Below are positions 30,182 to 40,297 of a DNA stretch of 64,000 nucleotides, one piece after another (position 1 is the stretch's first letter; every line of letters begins with the position of its first letter). Below the pieces are notes generated by a model. It was not told where the DNA came from. It did not search any database and saw only the letters and a program-made list of their open reading frames with translations. Source of the DNA: Candidatus Hydrogenedens sp. (GTDB lineage Bacteria; Hydrogenedentota; Hydrogenedentia; Hydrogenedentales; Hydrogenedentaceae); the NCBI GenBank assembly GCA_049968235.1, contig JBMFRC010000004.1:160001-224000 (forward strand). Reading direction: 5' to 3'. Both the position numbers and the translations under genes were made by a program.

Positions 30182-31343
30182 ACCTACAGAAAAAATGGTT
30201 TCTATTTCTCAGATAGATTTAGAGAACCTTACAAAAGCATTAGAAGAATTTACCAAAACCAGTCAATCATGGGAGCAGGCATATTCATTACTACAAAAAA
30301 GGATTTCCGAACTTAACCATGAATTGGAATTAAAAAATCATGAATTAGCAATGACATCCGAATATTTAGGTAATCTTCTGGAATCTATATCGGATGGTGT
30401 TATTGCAGTAGATCTGGAGGATAAAATAAATCGTTTTAACCGTTCTGCTTCGCTTATTTCGGGATATAAATCTTCGGAAGTTTTAGGCAAAAAATTTTCT
30501 GAAGTTTTTAACCGCCCCTTCTCTATCGAAGAAAATAATGAGAATACTTATCAACTCTGTTCGAAAACAGGGAGGCTCATTCCTATTACAGAACGAAATT
30601 CTTTTATAACAGATTCACATGGAAATGTAATAGGAAAAGTCAAAGTTTTCCAGGATTTAAGTGAAATTCTTGAGCTAAGGGCGCACATTCAACATAAGGA
30701 GAGGTTAGCATTAATAGGAGAAATGTCTGCTACCATTGCTCATGAAATACGCAATCCGTTAGGGGGGATACGCGGATTTGCTTCCTTTCTGGCACAGGAC
30801 TTACCCGAAGATGACCCAAGACAAAGATTTGTAAAAAAGATAATGCAAGGAATCCAGACATTAGAACACACTATCAATGATTTATTAGAGTATGCTCGCC
30901 CTATAGAATTAAAACAGGAAGTAAGACCTTTATGTGAGTTAATTCGTTCCAGTTTAGAATTTCTATCCTATGATAAAAAGAATATATCCATTCTGGTGGA
31001 ATGTCCTCCTGAGATAAAAACTAACTTTGATTTTATCCGCATGAAACAGGTTATCACGAACATTGTTGTAAATGCGGTTCAAAGTATTAGCACACAGGGG
31101 ATAATTAAGATTAAAGGCGAAGTAGAAAATAAATTTGTTCGAATAGAAATAAAAGATAATGGCTGTGGAATAAAACCTGAAATACTACCCAAGATTTTTT
31201 CCCCATTTTTTTCGACAAAAGAAAGGGGAACAGGTTTAGGATTAGCCTTGTGTGCTAAAATTGTAGATGCACATGGAGGACAAATTAAAGCAGAAAGTGC
31301 TGTGGGCGAAGGGACTACAATCACAATATGGTTGCCTTTATAG
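30171..31343 (+). CDS. soluble PAS-domain sensor histidine kinase (NtrB/AtoS-like)
   Basis: 390 aa. No TM helices. PAS region (LESISDGVIAVD...). H-box HEIRNPLGGIRGF. HATPase N, G1 (DNGCGI) and G2 (GTGLGLAL) boxes. Confidence 0.8.
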   Translation: MMSKPTEKMVSISQIDLENLTKALEEFTKTSQSWEQAYSLLQKRISELNHELELKNHELAMTSEYLGNLLESISDGVIAVDLEDKINRFNRSASLISGYKSSEVLGKKFSEVFNRPFSIEENNENTYQLCSKTGRLIPITERNSFITDSHGNVIGKVKVFQDLSEILELRAHIQHKERLALIGEMSATIAHEIRNPLGGIRGFASFLAQDLPEDDPRQRFVKKIMQGIQTLEHTINDLLEYARPIELKQEVRPLCELIRSSLEFLSYDKKNISILVECPPEIKTNFDFIRMKQVITNIVVNAVQSISTQGIIKIKGEVENKFVRIEIKDNGCGIKPEILPKIFSPFFSTKERGTGLGLALCAKIVDAHGGQIKAESAVGEGTTITIWLPL

Positions 31344-31375
31344 GAAGAATTCAAATAGTTCAGAAGGGATAAATT

Positions 31376-32767
31376 ATGCCAAAAGCAAAAATTCTTGTAA
31401 TTGACGATGAGCCTCTCATGCGTGAATTTATCGAGGAAGCCATGACTCGTGCTGGCTATCGTGTGGTGAGTTCTGGAAGTGGCGCAGAAGGGGTAGAATT
31501 GATTAAAACACAACCCTTTGATTTGATAATAACGGACTTAAAAATGGAACCGGTTGATGGTATGGAGGTGTTACAAGAAAGTGTTAAGGTCTCCCCGGAG
31601 ATACCTGTTATCATAATGACTGCTTACGCAACAATAGAAACCGCCATCAGGACATTAAAAGCAGGTGCAGTAGATTATCTTGTAAAGCCTTTTACTCCGG
31701 AGGCTATTGAAATTGCAGTAAAACGGGCTCTGGACAAAGTCAAAATGAACGCAGAAAATAAGTACCTCCGTTCGGAACTGAATGCATATTTAGGTCCTCC
31801 TGAAATTATTGGAAAAAGTAAAATAATGCAAGAATTGCATGAGAAAATAAACAAGATTGCTGATTCTCGTTCCACCGTGCTTATTCGTGGAGAAACTGGA
31901 GTAGGAAAAGAGTTAGTGGCACGGACGATTCATGTCTTAAGTCCTCGAAGAGAAAAACCTTTTATAAAGGTAAATTGTGCCGCTCTTTCTTCAGGTATTC
32001 TTGAAAGTGAACTTTTCGGGCATGAACGAGGAGCCTTCACTGGTGCTTATGAGAAAAAGATTGGTCGTTTTGAACTTGCCAATGGTGGGTCCTTATTGCT
32101 GGATGAAATAAGTGAGATTCATGTAGACCTTCAGCCCAAACTCCTTCGTGCATTACAGGAACGAGAAATTGAAAGGGTGGGCGGAACAGAGACTATATCT
32201 GTAGATGTTCGTATTATTGCCACGTCCAATAGAAACCTTGAAGAAGCCATTGAGAAACATTCTTTCCGTCAGGATTTGTTTTACCGCTTAAATGTTATAA
32301 CGATTTATGTGCCACCCCTTCGCGAAAGGAAAGAAGACATTCCCGAATTGGCAAATTATTTCTTGAAACGGTTTTCTAAAGAAAATGGGAGAAATGTTGA
32401 TACCATTACCCCCAAGGCGATGGAATATTTTATGGAATATGACTGGCCTGGAAATGTTCGTGAATTGCAAAACATAATAGAACGCGCTGTGGTCCTTGCC
32501 GGTGATAAGAAAACTCTATGTATAAAGGATTTTGAGTTTCTTAAAATAAGGAGTCATAGTGAACATAATGTTTCGCAGATGCAGACAGGTATTACCTTGG
32601 CAGAAATGGAAAAAAATATCATTCTCAAGACATTAGAACATTGTGGAGGTAATAAAACGAAATCGGCTGAGGTTTTAGGCATTAGTGTGCGAACACTTAG
32701 AAATAAATTGCATGAATATGGATTGGTTAAACCGCAGAAAAATCGAATGGAACGCATTCCAAAATAG
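31376..32767 (+). CDS. sigma-54-dependent response regulator (NtrC/AtoC family enhancer-binding protein)
   Basis: 463 aa. REC. AAA+ sigma-54 interaction domain with Walker A GETGVGKE and the GAFTGA motif (ESELFGHERGAFTGA). C-terminal Fis-type HTH. Confidence 0.9.
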   Translation: MPKAKILVIDDEPLMREFIEEAMTRAGYRVVSSGSGAEGVELIKTQPFDLIITDLKMEPVDGMEVLQESVKVSPEIPVIIMTAYATIETAIRTLKAGAVDYLVKPFTPEAIEIAVKRALDKVKMNAENKYLRSELNAYLGPPEIIGKSKIMQELHEKINKIADSRSTVLIRGETGVGKELVARTIHVLSPRREKPFIKVNCAALSSGILESELFGHERGAFTGAYEKKIGRFELANGGSLLLDEISEIHVDLQPKLLRALQEREIERVGGTETISVDVRIIATSNRNLEEAIEKHSFRQDLFYRLNVITIYVPPLRERKEDIPELANYFLKRFSKENGRNVDTITPKAMEYFMEYDWPGNVRELQNIIERAVVLAGDKKTLCIKDFEFLKIRSHSEHNVSQMQTGITLAEMEKNIILKTLEHCGGNKTKSAEVLGISVRTLRNKLHEYGLVKPQKNRMERIPK

Positions 32768-32811
32768 AAATGGAATAAAAAATATCCTATCTTGAAATAT
32801 AATTATAAAGT

Positions 32812-34995
32812 ATGAAAAAAAAAGAGACTATATTTTTTCTTTTAATTATTCTTTTTGCGATTGTAATACGGGTTATATATTTCTACTATATCTCACAACA
32901 ACCTGAATTTTCACACCCAATTATAGATCCTCAATTTAACGATTACTGGGCACATAAAATATTGTATCAGGGTAATTATCCATCTCCAACGGGAGATGAC
33001 CCTATGATAGAAAATACACCTTATGGAAGACCGCCAGGTTATCCTTTTCTTCTAGCTTTTATATACTTTCTTTTCGGAGATAATTATAATTCTCCGCGGT
33101 TAATACAATTTTTTGTGGGAATTGTAAATGTTTTTTTTATGTATTATTTTGTTTCGAGAATTTTTGTGAGTAAAAAAGCAGGATTAGTTTCTGCATTTTT
33201 AATGGCTATCCTTTGGGAACCTATTTATTTTGAAGGGGAAATAAACTATCCTGTATGGGTAATCTCACTTACAATAGTTCTTTTATTTACCTCATTACGA
33301 TATCTGCAAATAAAAACAACAAAATTTGTGATTCTTTCGGGCTTTTTACTAGGAATTATCGCTCTCTTTAGACCCAATGGACTTTTATTGTTACCTATGT
33401 ATGTTGGAATTGTGTTTCATATATTTGGGAAACGGAACTTCAAGAAGGCTCTTGCTCATTGCATTCTCTTTTCTGTATCCGTATTCTTAATAATATCTCC
33501 TGTTTTTATTAGAAACTATATAGTCAGTAATGATTTTTTTTTGATTTCGTGTTTTGGGGGGATAAATACATACATAGGTAACAATGCCCAGTCAACGGGG
33601 GACAGTCCTACGGTCCCGAATATAATTCATTTGTGTGGAGTTGATAATTGGGATTGTTTTAATTATCGATTATTAGTAAAAGGTCTTGGGATAAAACAAG
33701 AGGGTCGTTACTATTCATTCAAGGAGGCTTCTCAGTTCTTTTATAAAAAGGTTTATGAGTATTGGAAAAAAGAACCTATCTCTGCAATCAAATTAACGGC
33801 TCGTAAATTCTTTTTATTTTGGGGTCCTGCTATAGTTTCTGATGGAAAAGTTATTTATCATGACAGGGAAGCAACATTTCTTCGTTTATTGCCCGGTTTT
33901 CCTTTTCTGGTGGGATTATCTTTTTACTTCTTAATTTTGTTTATTCGACAGAGAAATCAATTACCTCCGGAACTTAAAACGCTTCTATTATTTATTTTTA
34001 CATGGAGTTTTGTTTATTCGTTATCTGTTATTCCTTTTTTTGTTTCAGAACGATACCGAATCCCTATTATTCCACCTTTATGCATTATAGGGGGAATAGG
34101 TACCGTTTTATTTCTTAGTAATACTGGTAATCAAAATAAGTTAAACAAGTTTAAACAAATTATTATTTGTTTACTATGCCTTACCCTTGTTTATAAGACA
34201 CCTGTAAAATATGAACCGGATACACCTCGATGGTTTTACCATAAAGCCATTGTTTCCTATAAATCTCAAAATGAAAAAGATGCGGTTTACTATGCTAATA
34301 AAGCCATTTCAAAGAACCCCAATTATTCAGAAGTTTATGCCTTTCTTGGTATAATCTCTCTTAATCATCATGAGTTTAAAGAGGCAGAAAATTATTGTTT
34401 AAAAGCATTAGAAAAAAATCCTGATTATGCTATGGCAAATAATAATTTAGGTTATATTATGGAATTAGAAAAGAAATTTGACCTTGCAGAAAAGTATTAC
34501 TATAAAGCATGTGAATTAAGTCCTGTATATACCCTGGCATGGATAAACCTCGGGAGAATGTATTTGTATTATCATAACCAGATTAACTTAGCAAAAGATT
34601 GTTTCGTAAAAGTAACTGAGTTAGACCCCAACTCATGGGTTGGATGGTTTCACTTAGGGAATGTATATATACAAATGGGAGAATACTCCTCAGCGGAGAA
34701 ATTTCTAACAAAATCTCTTTCATTAAATCCGGAAAATGCCCTTATTCATAATAATTTTGGTTTTTTATATATACAGAGAAAACAGTATGAAAAAGCGATA
34801 GAGTTTTTAAAAACAGCATTAGAAAAAGAGCCACAATTTACAGATGCTATGTTTAATCTCGGGAATGCGTTTAAAGAAATGAAGCAATATGAAGAGGCAG
34901 AATATTGGTATAAAAAAGTTTTAGAAATTGACCCACAATTTACAGATGCAGTAGATAAAATCAATGAAATAAATACAAATAAAAAAACTAACTAA
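32812..34995 (+). CDS. membrane GT-C glycosyltransferase (PMT/ArnT/TMTC-like) fused to C-terminal TPR repeats, subfamily A
   Basis: 727 aa. About 12 TM helices in the N-terminal 440 aa, with an acidic first-loop motif (PQFNDYWAHK) and RPPGYPFLLA. C-terminal about 270 aa of canonical TPRs (AFLGIISLNHHEFKEAENYCLKALEKNPDY...). The architecture parallels eukaryotic TMTC O-mannosyltransferases. Confidence 0.65.
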   Translation: MKKKETIFFLLIILFAIVIRVIYFYYISQQPEFSHPIIDPQFNDYWAHKILYQGNYPSPTGDDPMIENTPYGRPPGYPFLLAFIYFLFGDNYNSPRLIQFFVGIVNVFFMYYFVSRIFVSKKAGLVSAFLMAILWEPIYFEGEINYPVWVISLTIVLLFTSLRYLQIKTTKFVILSGFLLGIIALFRPNGLLLLPMYVGIVFHIFGKRNFKKALAHCILFSVSVFLIISPVFIRNYIVSNDFFLISCFGGINTYIGNNAQSTGDSPTVPNIIHLCGVDNWDCFNYRLLVKGLGIKQEGRYYSFKEASQFFYKKVYEYWKKEPISAIKLTARKFFLFWGPAIVSDGKVIYHDREATFLRLLPGFPFLVGLSFYFLILFIRQRNQLPPELKTLLLFIFTWSFVYSLSVIPFFVSERYRIPIIPPLCIIGGIGTVLFLSNTGNQNKLNKFKQIIICLLCLTLVYKTPVKYEPDTPRWFYHKAIVSYKSQNEKDAVYYANKAISKNPNYSEVYAFLGIISLNHHEFKEAENYCLKALEKNPDYAMANNNLGYIMELEKKFDLAEKYYYKACELSPVYTLAWINLGRMYLYYHNQINLAKDCFVKVTELDPNSWVGWFHLGNVYIQMGEYSSAEKFLTKSLSLNPENALIHNNFGFLYIQRKQYEKAIEFLKTALEKEPQFTDAMFNLGNAFKEMKQYEEAEYWYKKVLEIDPQFTDAVDKINEINTNKKTN

Positions 34996-35008
34996 ATATT
35001 AAAAGAAT

Positions 35009-37654
35009 ATGGATAACGAAAATAAAAAAAATAAAGATTGGGTAATTCTCTCGTGGATACTTTTGTTTGCGTTCTGTTTTCGGATTATTTATCTCTGGCA
35101 ATTAGTAGATGCTCCAGACTTTATTGCACTTCGGCAGGACTTGGATGTTCAGGATTATCAGGCAAGAGCGATACTATCCGGAGATTGGACTGTTCGGGAA
35201 GGGGTTTCTGACCCACATATTCCAACGACGCCGTATTATCGACCTCCGGGTTACCCATACTTCCTTGCAGTTGTATATTATTTTTTTGACGGTTCCTATC
35301 TGGCACCGCGATTCATTCATTTTTTTCTTGGACTCGTGCATATTGTCCTAATATATTTTTTAGCCAGAATTATATTTAATAGAATCGCAGGTTTATGTGC
35401 ATCTTTTCTTGTAGCCACTTATTGGGCTTTTATTTATTATGAAGGAGAAGTAAACGACCCTGCTTTATTTGTTTTTCTTGTCCCCTGTATATTATTTCTG
35501 ATTTATTATGCTGTTACTAAGGACTTTATCTTGTATTCTTTTTTCTCAGGCTTATGTATTGGTATATATGCCATCATGAGACCTAATATTCTATCATTTA
35601 TTCCTTTTTTATCATTATGGATTTTGTTCTTTTTTTATAAGCAGAAAAAACTATTTAAGAGTTTCTTTCATATATTTTTTTTGATAATTGCAATTTTTAC
35701 TGTGATAACTCCGGTTACAGTTCGGAATTATCTCGTATCGGGTGAATTTGTGCCTATCTCTACTTATTTTGGGGAGAATCTATTGATAGGAAATAGTGAG
35801 GATGCTGATGGAGTAACGCCGTGGTTGCCTTACCTTCAGGAATTAGAAGGAACGGGTAATTGGTCTGTATGGCATTATGATAATGTTGTAAAGGGTTTAG
35901 GGAAATTTTTGGGGAGAGAAGTTTCACATTCCGAAGCATCAAATATTTTTGCTAAAATGGCTATAAATTATATTATTCATCACCCATGGCAAACATTTTT
36001 ACTCACATGCAAAAAAGCTATTTTATTCTGGAGTCCACAAGAAATTACAGAGAACAAAGTTGTAGAGGGGGAAAGACAACATTATATACCTCTGAAATAT
36101 ATGCCTCGATTTCCTATTGTCCTGAGTACATTTTTATTAGGTTTGTTTTTTTTGATAAAAAATATATTTTTCAATAAGACATTTAAAGATACAAATATAA
36201 ATATTTATTTTCTAACACTGGTATTGTTGTTTATATTTACATATTTTGCTTCATTTCTTCCCTTTTTTGTAAATGCAAGGGCTCGTGTTCCGATATTGGG
36301 ATTGATGTTCATCATCGGCGGATACACATTTTCAGAAATTCGGTATTTATTTGTTAAGAGAAGAATAACTCCCGCTCTCATAAGTATTTTTGTTTTAGTA
36401 ATACTTTTTCTCATAACTCATATTGATATTATTCCCTATAAACCGGATATGTGCCGTTGGCATTATGACCGTGCTGACTCTTATCTCCGTGTAGGTCGTG
36501 TTGATGAAGCATTACAGGAAGTACATGCTCTTATGTCTCGTCCGGAACGTCCTATGACTTACATGCCATTCCGGCTGGGACATGCACTTGCAAAGTTAAA
36601 TTATTCCGAATTAGCTATAGATTTATTACGACTGGCACTTAGTCCTGACCCTTCAGAACAGCCTTCTATGTATAGAGAAGATATTTACTATCATATCGGT
36701 GCTTTATTTATGAAATTAAAAAGATATGATGAAGCCATCAAAGAATTTGAAAATGCTTTATCTTTAAATCCCAAAGACCCGAGAGTTCATAATGACCTAG
36801 GTGTCATTTACAAAGAACGCAATGACTTAGTAAAAGCCGAACAAGAATATAAATATGCTATTGATACAGAACCAGAATTTAATCTTGCTATAGCAAACTT
36901 GACAGAATTGTATATTCAACAGAAAAAATACGCTGAAGCGATTGAATTGCTGGGAAATAGCCTAAAATTACAGCCTCAAAATACAGAGTTACTTTATAAT
37001 TTAGGATTTGTTTATCATAATTCGGGACAACTTGAAAAAGCACTTTCCTATTACCAACAAGTATTATCTCATGATAGTAAGGAACCTAATACACTTAATA
37101 ATATGGCTATGATTTATTTAGAAAAAAATGACCTGGAAAAAGCCAAAAATACCCTGTTATGGTGTATATGCAAGAATTCCTATTTTACACTCGCATATGC
37201 GAATATGGGGGACATTTTATATTCAGAAAACCAACTACCAAAAGCCCTATATTATTATGATAAAGGGCTTGAAACGAATTATGAACATATAGGACTTTGC
37301 GCTGCGTTAGCCTTACTTTATACAGAAATGGGTAATGCCGAGAAAGGGATTGTGGAATTAATGGATGTTTTAAAAAAACATCCAGAGTCCACCAATTTAT
37401 GGTTTGCTCTGGGAAATATCTATAAAAATAGTAATCAAAATAATGAGGCTATTGGTGCTTATAATAAAGTATTAGATATAGATAGTTCTTATACATCGGC
37501 GTATAGAAATTTGATGGAAATTTATTTAAATAAAGGAGATGTTAATAAAACACTGGAAATCTTTGAAAAAGCGAAACAAAACATTAAAGATTCTGAACAA
37601 ATAGAATATTTATCCTCTCTTATCCTGGAAAAACAAGGAAATACCAATAAATGA
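35009..37654 (+). CDS. membrane GT-C glycosyltransferase (PMT/ArnT/TMTC-like) fused to C-terminal TPR repeats, subfamily A paralog
   Basis: 881 aa. Paralogous to the upstream gene (VQDYQARAIL...YYRPPGYPYFLAVVYYFF). Multiple TM helices. C-terminal about 400 aa of TPRs. Stop overlaps the downstream GT2 start (ATGA at 37651-37654). Confidence 0.65.
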   Translation: MDNENKKNKDWVILSWILLFAFCFRIIYLWQLVDAPDFIALRQDLDVQDYQARAILSGDWTVREGVSDPHIPTTPYYRPPGYPYFLAVVYYFFDGSYLAPRFIHFFLGLVHIVLIYFLARIIFNRIAGLCASFLVATYWAFIYYEGEVNDPALFVFLVPCILFLIYYAVTKDFILYSFFSGLCIGIYAIMRPNILSFIPFLSLWILFFFYKQKKLFKSFFHIFFLIIAIFTVITPVTVRNYLVSGEFVPISTYFGENLLIGNSEDADGVTPWLPYLQELEGTGNWSVWHYDNVVKGLGKFLGREVSHSEASNIFAKMAINYIIHHPWQTFLLTCKKAILFWSPQEITENKVVEGERQHYIPLKYMPRFPIVLSTFLLGLFFLIKNIFFNKTFKDTNINIYFLTLVLLFIFTYFASFLPFFVNARARVPILGLMFIIGGYTFSEIRYLFVKRRITPALISIFVLVILFLITHIDIIPYKPDMCRWHYDRADSYLRVGRVDEALQEVHALMSRPERPMTYMPFRLGHALAKLNYSELAIDLLRLALSPDPSEQPSMYREDIYYHIGALFMKLKRYDEAIKEFENALSLNPKDPRVHNDLGVIYKERNDLVKAEQEYKYAIDTEPEFNLAIANLTELYIQQKKYAEAIELLGNSLKLQPQNTELLYNLGFVYHNSGQLEKALSYYQQVLSHDSKEPNTLNNMAMIYLEKNDLEKAKNTLLWCICKNSYFTLAYANMGDILYSENQLPKALYYYDKGLETNYEHIGLCAALALLYTEMGNAEKGIVELMDVLKKHPESTNLWFALGNIYKNSNQNNEAIGAYNKVLDIDSSYTSAYRNLMEIYLNKGDVNKTLEIFEKAKQNIKDSEQIEYLSSLILEKQGNTNK

Positions 37655-38802
37655 CACATTGTGATGAAATAGAACTAAGCGTTGTATTACCTTGTTTGAA
37701 TGAAGAACGGACTATTGGACAATGTGTACAGAAAACACAAAAGGTTTTCGATAAATATCATATTAAAGGTGAAATTATTGTCGCAGATAATAATTCTACG
37801 GATAGTTCCTCATCAATTGCGGAACAAGCAGGTGCGAAGGTAGTCAAGGTAATTACTCCTGGATACGGGAATACTCTTCGAAACGGTATAAAAGAAGCAA
37901 AAGGGAAATATATAATCTTTTTTGATTCTGATTTATCCTATGACCCTGAGGATATTCCTCAAATATTAGAGAAATTACGAGAAGGTTATCCTATTGTTCT
38001 GGGGTCTAGGAAAAAAGGAACGATTGATAGAGGCTCTATGCCATGGTTACATAGATATATAGGCACTCCGATAATGACTTTACTTGCGAATATTTTTTTT
38101 AAGGCACATATAACGGATATTAATTCGGGTATGCGTGGTATGTCCCGAAAAGTATTTGATGAATTAGATTTACATTCGGAAGGCATGGAATTTGCTTCTG
38201 AAATGATAGCAAAAGCACATTGGACCCAAACTAAAATAGCGGAAGTTCCTATTCATTTTCACTGTGACCAGAGGGGAAGGCGTCCACATTTACATTCTGT
38301 TCGTGATGGATGGAGACATTTACAACTTATGTTTCATTATTGTTCTATTAATTGGTTTCTTATACCGGGTTTTATATTGTTATTTTTTTCATACCTTGTA
38401 TTTTTTATTCTGCCTCAGTATATGGATATTTATACATCCTTTTTTATTTCTTTACTAACCAACATTATTGCAACCCAAATTTTATTGATTGGAGTCATTG
38501 CTCAGGGTAGAGTTCGTGGTTCAAAGTTTAGATACATTCCATCAAAATATCTCCTTTTTTTATCCCGAATAATCAAAGTCGAAAAGGGTATGTTTTTGGG
38601 TTTAGGGATATGTTTTTTAGGCATGTTTTTAATGCTTTATACTCTTCGTTCAGGAATAAACATGCCAGATATAACTATAAAAATATTTTTTGGGGGTATT
38701 CTATGTTTTGTTCAGGGGGTTCAGGTTTTATTTAGTTCCATTTTAATCGGGCTGTTTGGAATTCGTGTTTCAGAAGAGGAAGAATTTTTTAGAAAATCTT
38801 AG
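37651..38802 (+). CDS. GT2 polyprenyl-phosphate glycosyltransferase (DPM1/ArnC/GtrB-like) with C-terminal TM helices
   Basis: 383 aa. GT-A N-terminus (LSVVLPCLNEERTI, DSD...YDPED). Four C-terminal hydrophobic helices. This is the architecture of lipid-phosphate-sugar donor synthases that feed GT-C enzymes. Confidence 0.8.
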   Translation: MTHCDEIELSVVLPCLNEERTIGQCVQKTQKVFDKYHIKGEIIVADNNSTDSSSSIAEQAGAKVVKVITPGYGNTLRNGIKEAKGKYIIFFDSDLSYDPEDIPQILEKLREGYPIVLGSRKKGTIDRGSMPWLHRYIGTPIMTLLANIFFKAHITDINSGMRGMSRKVFDELDLHSEGMEFASEMIAKAHWTQTKIAEVPIHFHCDQRGRRPHLHSVRDGWRHLQLMFHYCSINWFLIPGFILLFFSYLVFFILPQYMDIYTSFFISLLTNIIATQILLIGVIAQGRVRGSKFRYIPSKYLLFLSRIIKVEKGMFLGLGICFLGMFLMLYTLRSGINMPDITIKIFFGGILCFVQGVQVLFSSILIGLFGIRVSEEEEFFRKS

Positions 38803-38817
38803 AGTTATAATAAAGAT

Positions 38818-40281
38818 ATGAAACATGTTGTATTTGTAATGCCACCATATCCTTATTCTCGTTCCATTGGACAGGAGGAAGGAAAAAGGCAAATTGGGTT
38901 AATGCCGCCTTTAGGTGTTGGGTATCTTACTGCATACTTAGAGCGGACAGGGAAATACCAATGTTATTTTGTCGATGCAGTTGCGGAGAGGTTATCTATT
39001 GAGGAAACTGTTTCTCGTATTCTATCATTCGAACCGGATGTAATTGGAATTTCATCTTTTACGACTTTTCTTCTCAATACTTCATATCAACTTGCACGAA
39101 GATTAAAAGAAGAATGTCCTTCGATTCCATTGTTAATGGGAGGTCCTCACACTACTTCTTTCGGGGAACAGGTGTTGAAAGACTGTCCGTATATTGATTA
39201 TGTCATTCCGGGAGATGCTGAAGTTCCTCTTTTAGAGTTATTAGAAAAGATTTTTTGTGGAGATATACCGGATAAGGTAAAAGGCATCATTTATAAAAAT
39301 GAAAAAGATGAAATCGTAGATACGGGCTGTTCTATCCCTGTAGATGATATTGATACTCTACCTTTCCCCTCACGACACATTTATAACCATGAGTTATATG
39401 AGCCTTTACCGAGTTTAAGTCCCAAACGCCCTGCCATGTCGATGATTACAGCACGGGGTTGTCCATGGGCACGATGTAAATTTTGTTATCAGGGAGGGAA
39501 ATATGCATCTCCATTTCGTCGTCGGTCTCCGGAAAATGTTGTGGCAGAATTAAAATACCTTATTGAAAAATATAATGTAAAAAATATTGTATTCTGGGAT
39601 GATAATTTTTGTATCTTTCCTGAATGGATACATAAATTTTGCTCCCTTATAAAACAGGGGAAAATAAAATTAGATTGGTCTGTTTTATCGCGTGTAAATA
39701 CAGTAACACCGGAAATGTTAAATGAAATGGCAGAAGTAGGTTGTTACAGTATTCAATTTGGTATTGAATCCGGAAATGAGGAAATACTTAAACTTATTCG
39801 AAAAGGTCACACATTAGAACAATGTCGAAATGCAGTCCGCTGGGCAAAATCCGCTGGTATGGAGACAAGGGCTTTCTTTGTTTTGGGTTTTCCTACGGAG
39901 ACCCCAGCAATGAGTGAAGAGACTATTCGTTTTGCATGTGAATTAAATATCGATTATGTTGTTTTCTTTTCGTATTATGTAGCACCCGGAACACTTCTTG
40001 CCGAGATTGCTATGAGAGAAGGGCAGTGTTTTGAATTTATAGGACAACATTTACCTTCTTACCTTCCTAATACCTATCCTGATTTGGAGACATTAACAAA
40101 GAAAGTACAATCCGCCTATCGAAGATATTACCTCAGACCTCGATATTTCGCTCGAACTATTACAAGAACGATTCGTCGTCCCCATCATTTGAAAAATCAA
40201 ATAAAGGCATTTAATTATTGGCTTGGATTGAGTTTAAAAAAATGGACTCACAACAAAAATTCAACAGTTAACATAACCTAA
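38818..40281 (+). CDS. B12-binding domain radical SAM protein (class B rSAM)
   Basis: 487 aa. N-terminal cobalamin-binding Rossmann region (DVIGISSFTTF...LLMGGPHTT). Radical SAM Cys cluster (RGCPWARCKFCYQG), then the TIM-barrel core. Confidence 0.8.
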   Translation: MKHVVFVMPPYPYSRSIGQEEGKRQIGLMPPLGVGYLTAYLERTGKYQCYFVDAVAERLSIEETVSRILSFEPDVIGISSFTTFLLNTSYQLARRLKEECPSIPLLMGGPHTTSFGEQVLKDCPYIDYVIPGDAEVPLLELLEKIFCGDIPDKVKGIIYKNEKDEIVDTGCSIPVDDIDTLPFPSRHIYNHELYEPLPSLSPKRPAMSMITARGCPWARCKFCYQGGKYASPFRRRSPENVVAELKYLIEKYNVKNIVFWDDNFCIFPEWIHKFCSLIKQGKIKLDWSVLSRVNTVTPEMLNEMAEVGCYSIQFGIESGNEEILKLIRKGHTLEQCRNAVRWAKSAGMETRAFFVLGFPTETPAMSEETIRFACELNIDYVVFFSYYVAPGTLLAEIAMREGQCFEFIGQHLPSYLPNTYPDLETLTKKVQSAYRRYYLRPRYFARTITRTIRRPHHLKNQIKAFNYWLGLSLKKWTHNKNSTVNIT

Positions 40282-40297
40282 AAATAAAGGATAAACT

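Noticed and set aside
32771-32800. Possible sigma-54 promoter (TGGAAT...TTGAAA) just upstream of the first GT-C/TPR gene and downstream of the NtrC-like activator
   Set aside because: The GG and the putative GC element are not separated by the required 10 nt, and no GC dinucleotide sits at -12. This is not a credible -24/-12 promoter by eye and needs a PWM scan.
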